The position numbers were made by a program, and so were the translations under genes. Below are positions 63,337-64,000 of a stretch of DNA of 64,000 bases, piece after piece (within the stretch, counting starts at the first letter, position 1; every line of letters begins with the position of its first letter). Origin of the DNA: Azolla caroliniana (Eukaryota; Plantae; Polypodiophyta); contig JBHGNT010000011.1 of the NCBI GenBank assembly GCA_043228905.1, positions 1,550,001 to 1,614,000 on the forward strand, given 5' to 3'. A model generated the notes under the pieces. That model saw nothing but the letters and a program-made list of their open reading frames with translations, was not told the DNA's origin and did no database searches.

Positions 63337-64000
63337 CGAGTGTCATCCGGTTACCGGCTAGCGTCCGGTTTTCAACCGGGTAAGTACTTGTGTCCTCAAG
63401 CCGGTTTTCAGTGAATGATCCGGAGTTCATCACCTTCTTCTCCGACTCCTAGTCGGCAATGGTCCTATCTTCCATGAAGACTATGTCCCGACTCCGGAAC
63501 ACCTTCTTGTTGACCAAATCCCACACTCGGTAGCCGAATTCATCATCGCCGTATCCAAGGAATATGCATGGCCTGGACTTCGGATCTAGCTTGGCTCTCT
63601 TGTCCTTTGCAACATGCACATATGCGAGACACCCGAACACCTTCAGATGCTGGTAAGATACATCTTTACTGGTCCATACTTTCTGAGGTGAGTCTCCTTC
63701 CAAGGGTGCTGAGGGTGATCTATTTATCACATAGGTCGCCGTCGTCAACGCCTCATCCCAAAACGTCTTGGGTAACTTTGCATGTGCTAGCATGCTCCAG
63801 ACTCTTTAAATTATGATCCGGTTCACCCTTGCGTCCAACCCGTTTAGTTCGAGTGTCTTCAACACGGTGAATTCGAGCCGGATTCCCTTCGATTGGCAAT
63901 ACTTCTCGAATTTCCCCTGATATTCTCCTCCGTTATCTACTCGAACCGTCTTCAGCTTCCGGTCGGTTTCTCTTTCCACTCTCGCGTGGAGCGCCTTGAA

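Larger units (their letters stand above)
29127..64000 (-). mobile_element. Copia B, outermost host of the nest; own sequence at 29127-29322, 47543-48423 and 63337-64000
   Basis: The pieces rejoin into one pol. INT (MLAHAKLPKTFWDEAL..KLDPKSRPCIFLGY) at 63449-63793; RT (WLSAMQDEM, LLLYVDDML, LLWLS..YVTKV|LQRFNMS) joined across A; RNase H end (HLAKNAAYHSRTKHIQRRYH). RT-RH internal deletion near 29267. No 3' LTR seen; the 5' end lies beyond the window. Confidence 0.88.

Overview
Eukaryotic land-plant DNA; intron style and retroelement types suggest a non-seed lineage, but that is inference. There are three zones. (1) 1-13 kb is AT-rich and decayed, with microsatellites and relics I cannot assign. 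(2) About 14.3-24.5 kb holds one apparently intact 23-exon full-size ABCG/PDR transporter on +: exons sum to 4185 nt (1394 aa), the first coding intron is GC-AG, the N-terminus is short and acidic, and a 1.35-kb TAAT-dense block lies upstream. (3) From about 29.1 kb to the window end is a nested LTR-retrotransposon stack resolvable by termini, PBS/PPT and target-site duplications (TSDs). Copia B hosts Copia A and Copia C; A hosts two head-to-head Gypsy copies, D and E; C hosts Copia F, solo LTR G and deleted Gypsy H. The D/E family is the most unusual element: tRNA-Trp PBS, 4-bp CpG-centred palindromic TSDs, D-H-G protease, FLDD reverse transcriptase, and a conserved GGATTTT-TAG -1 frameshift signal between protease and RT. 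No RNA genes or CRISPR arrays were found.
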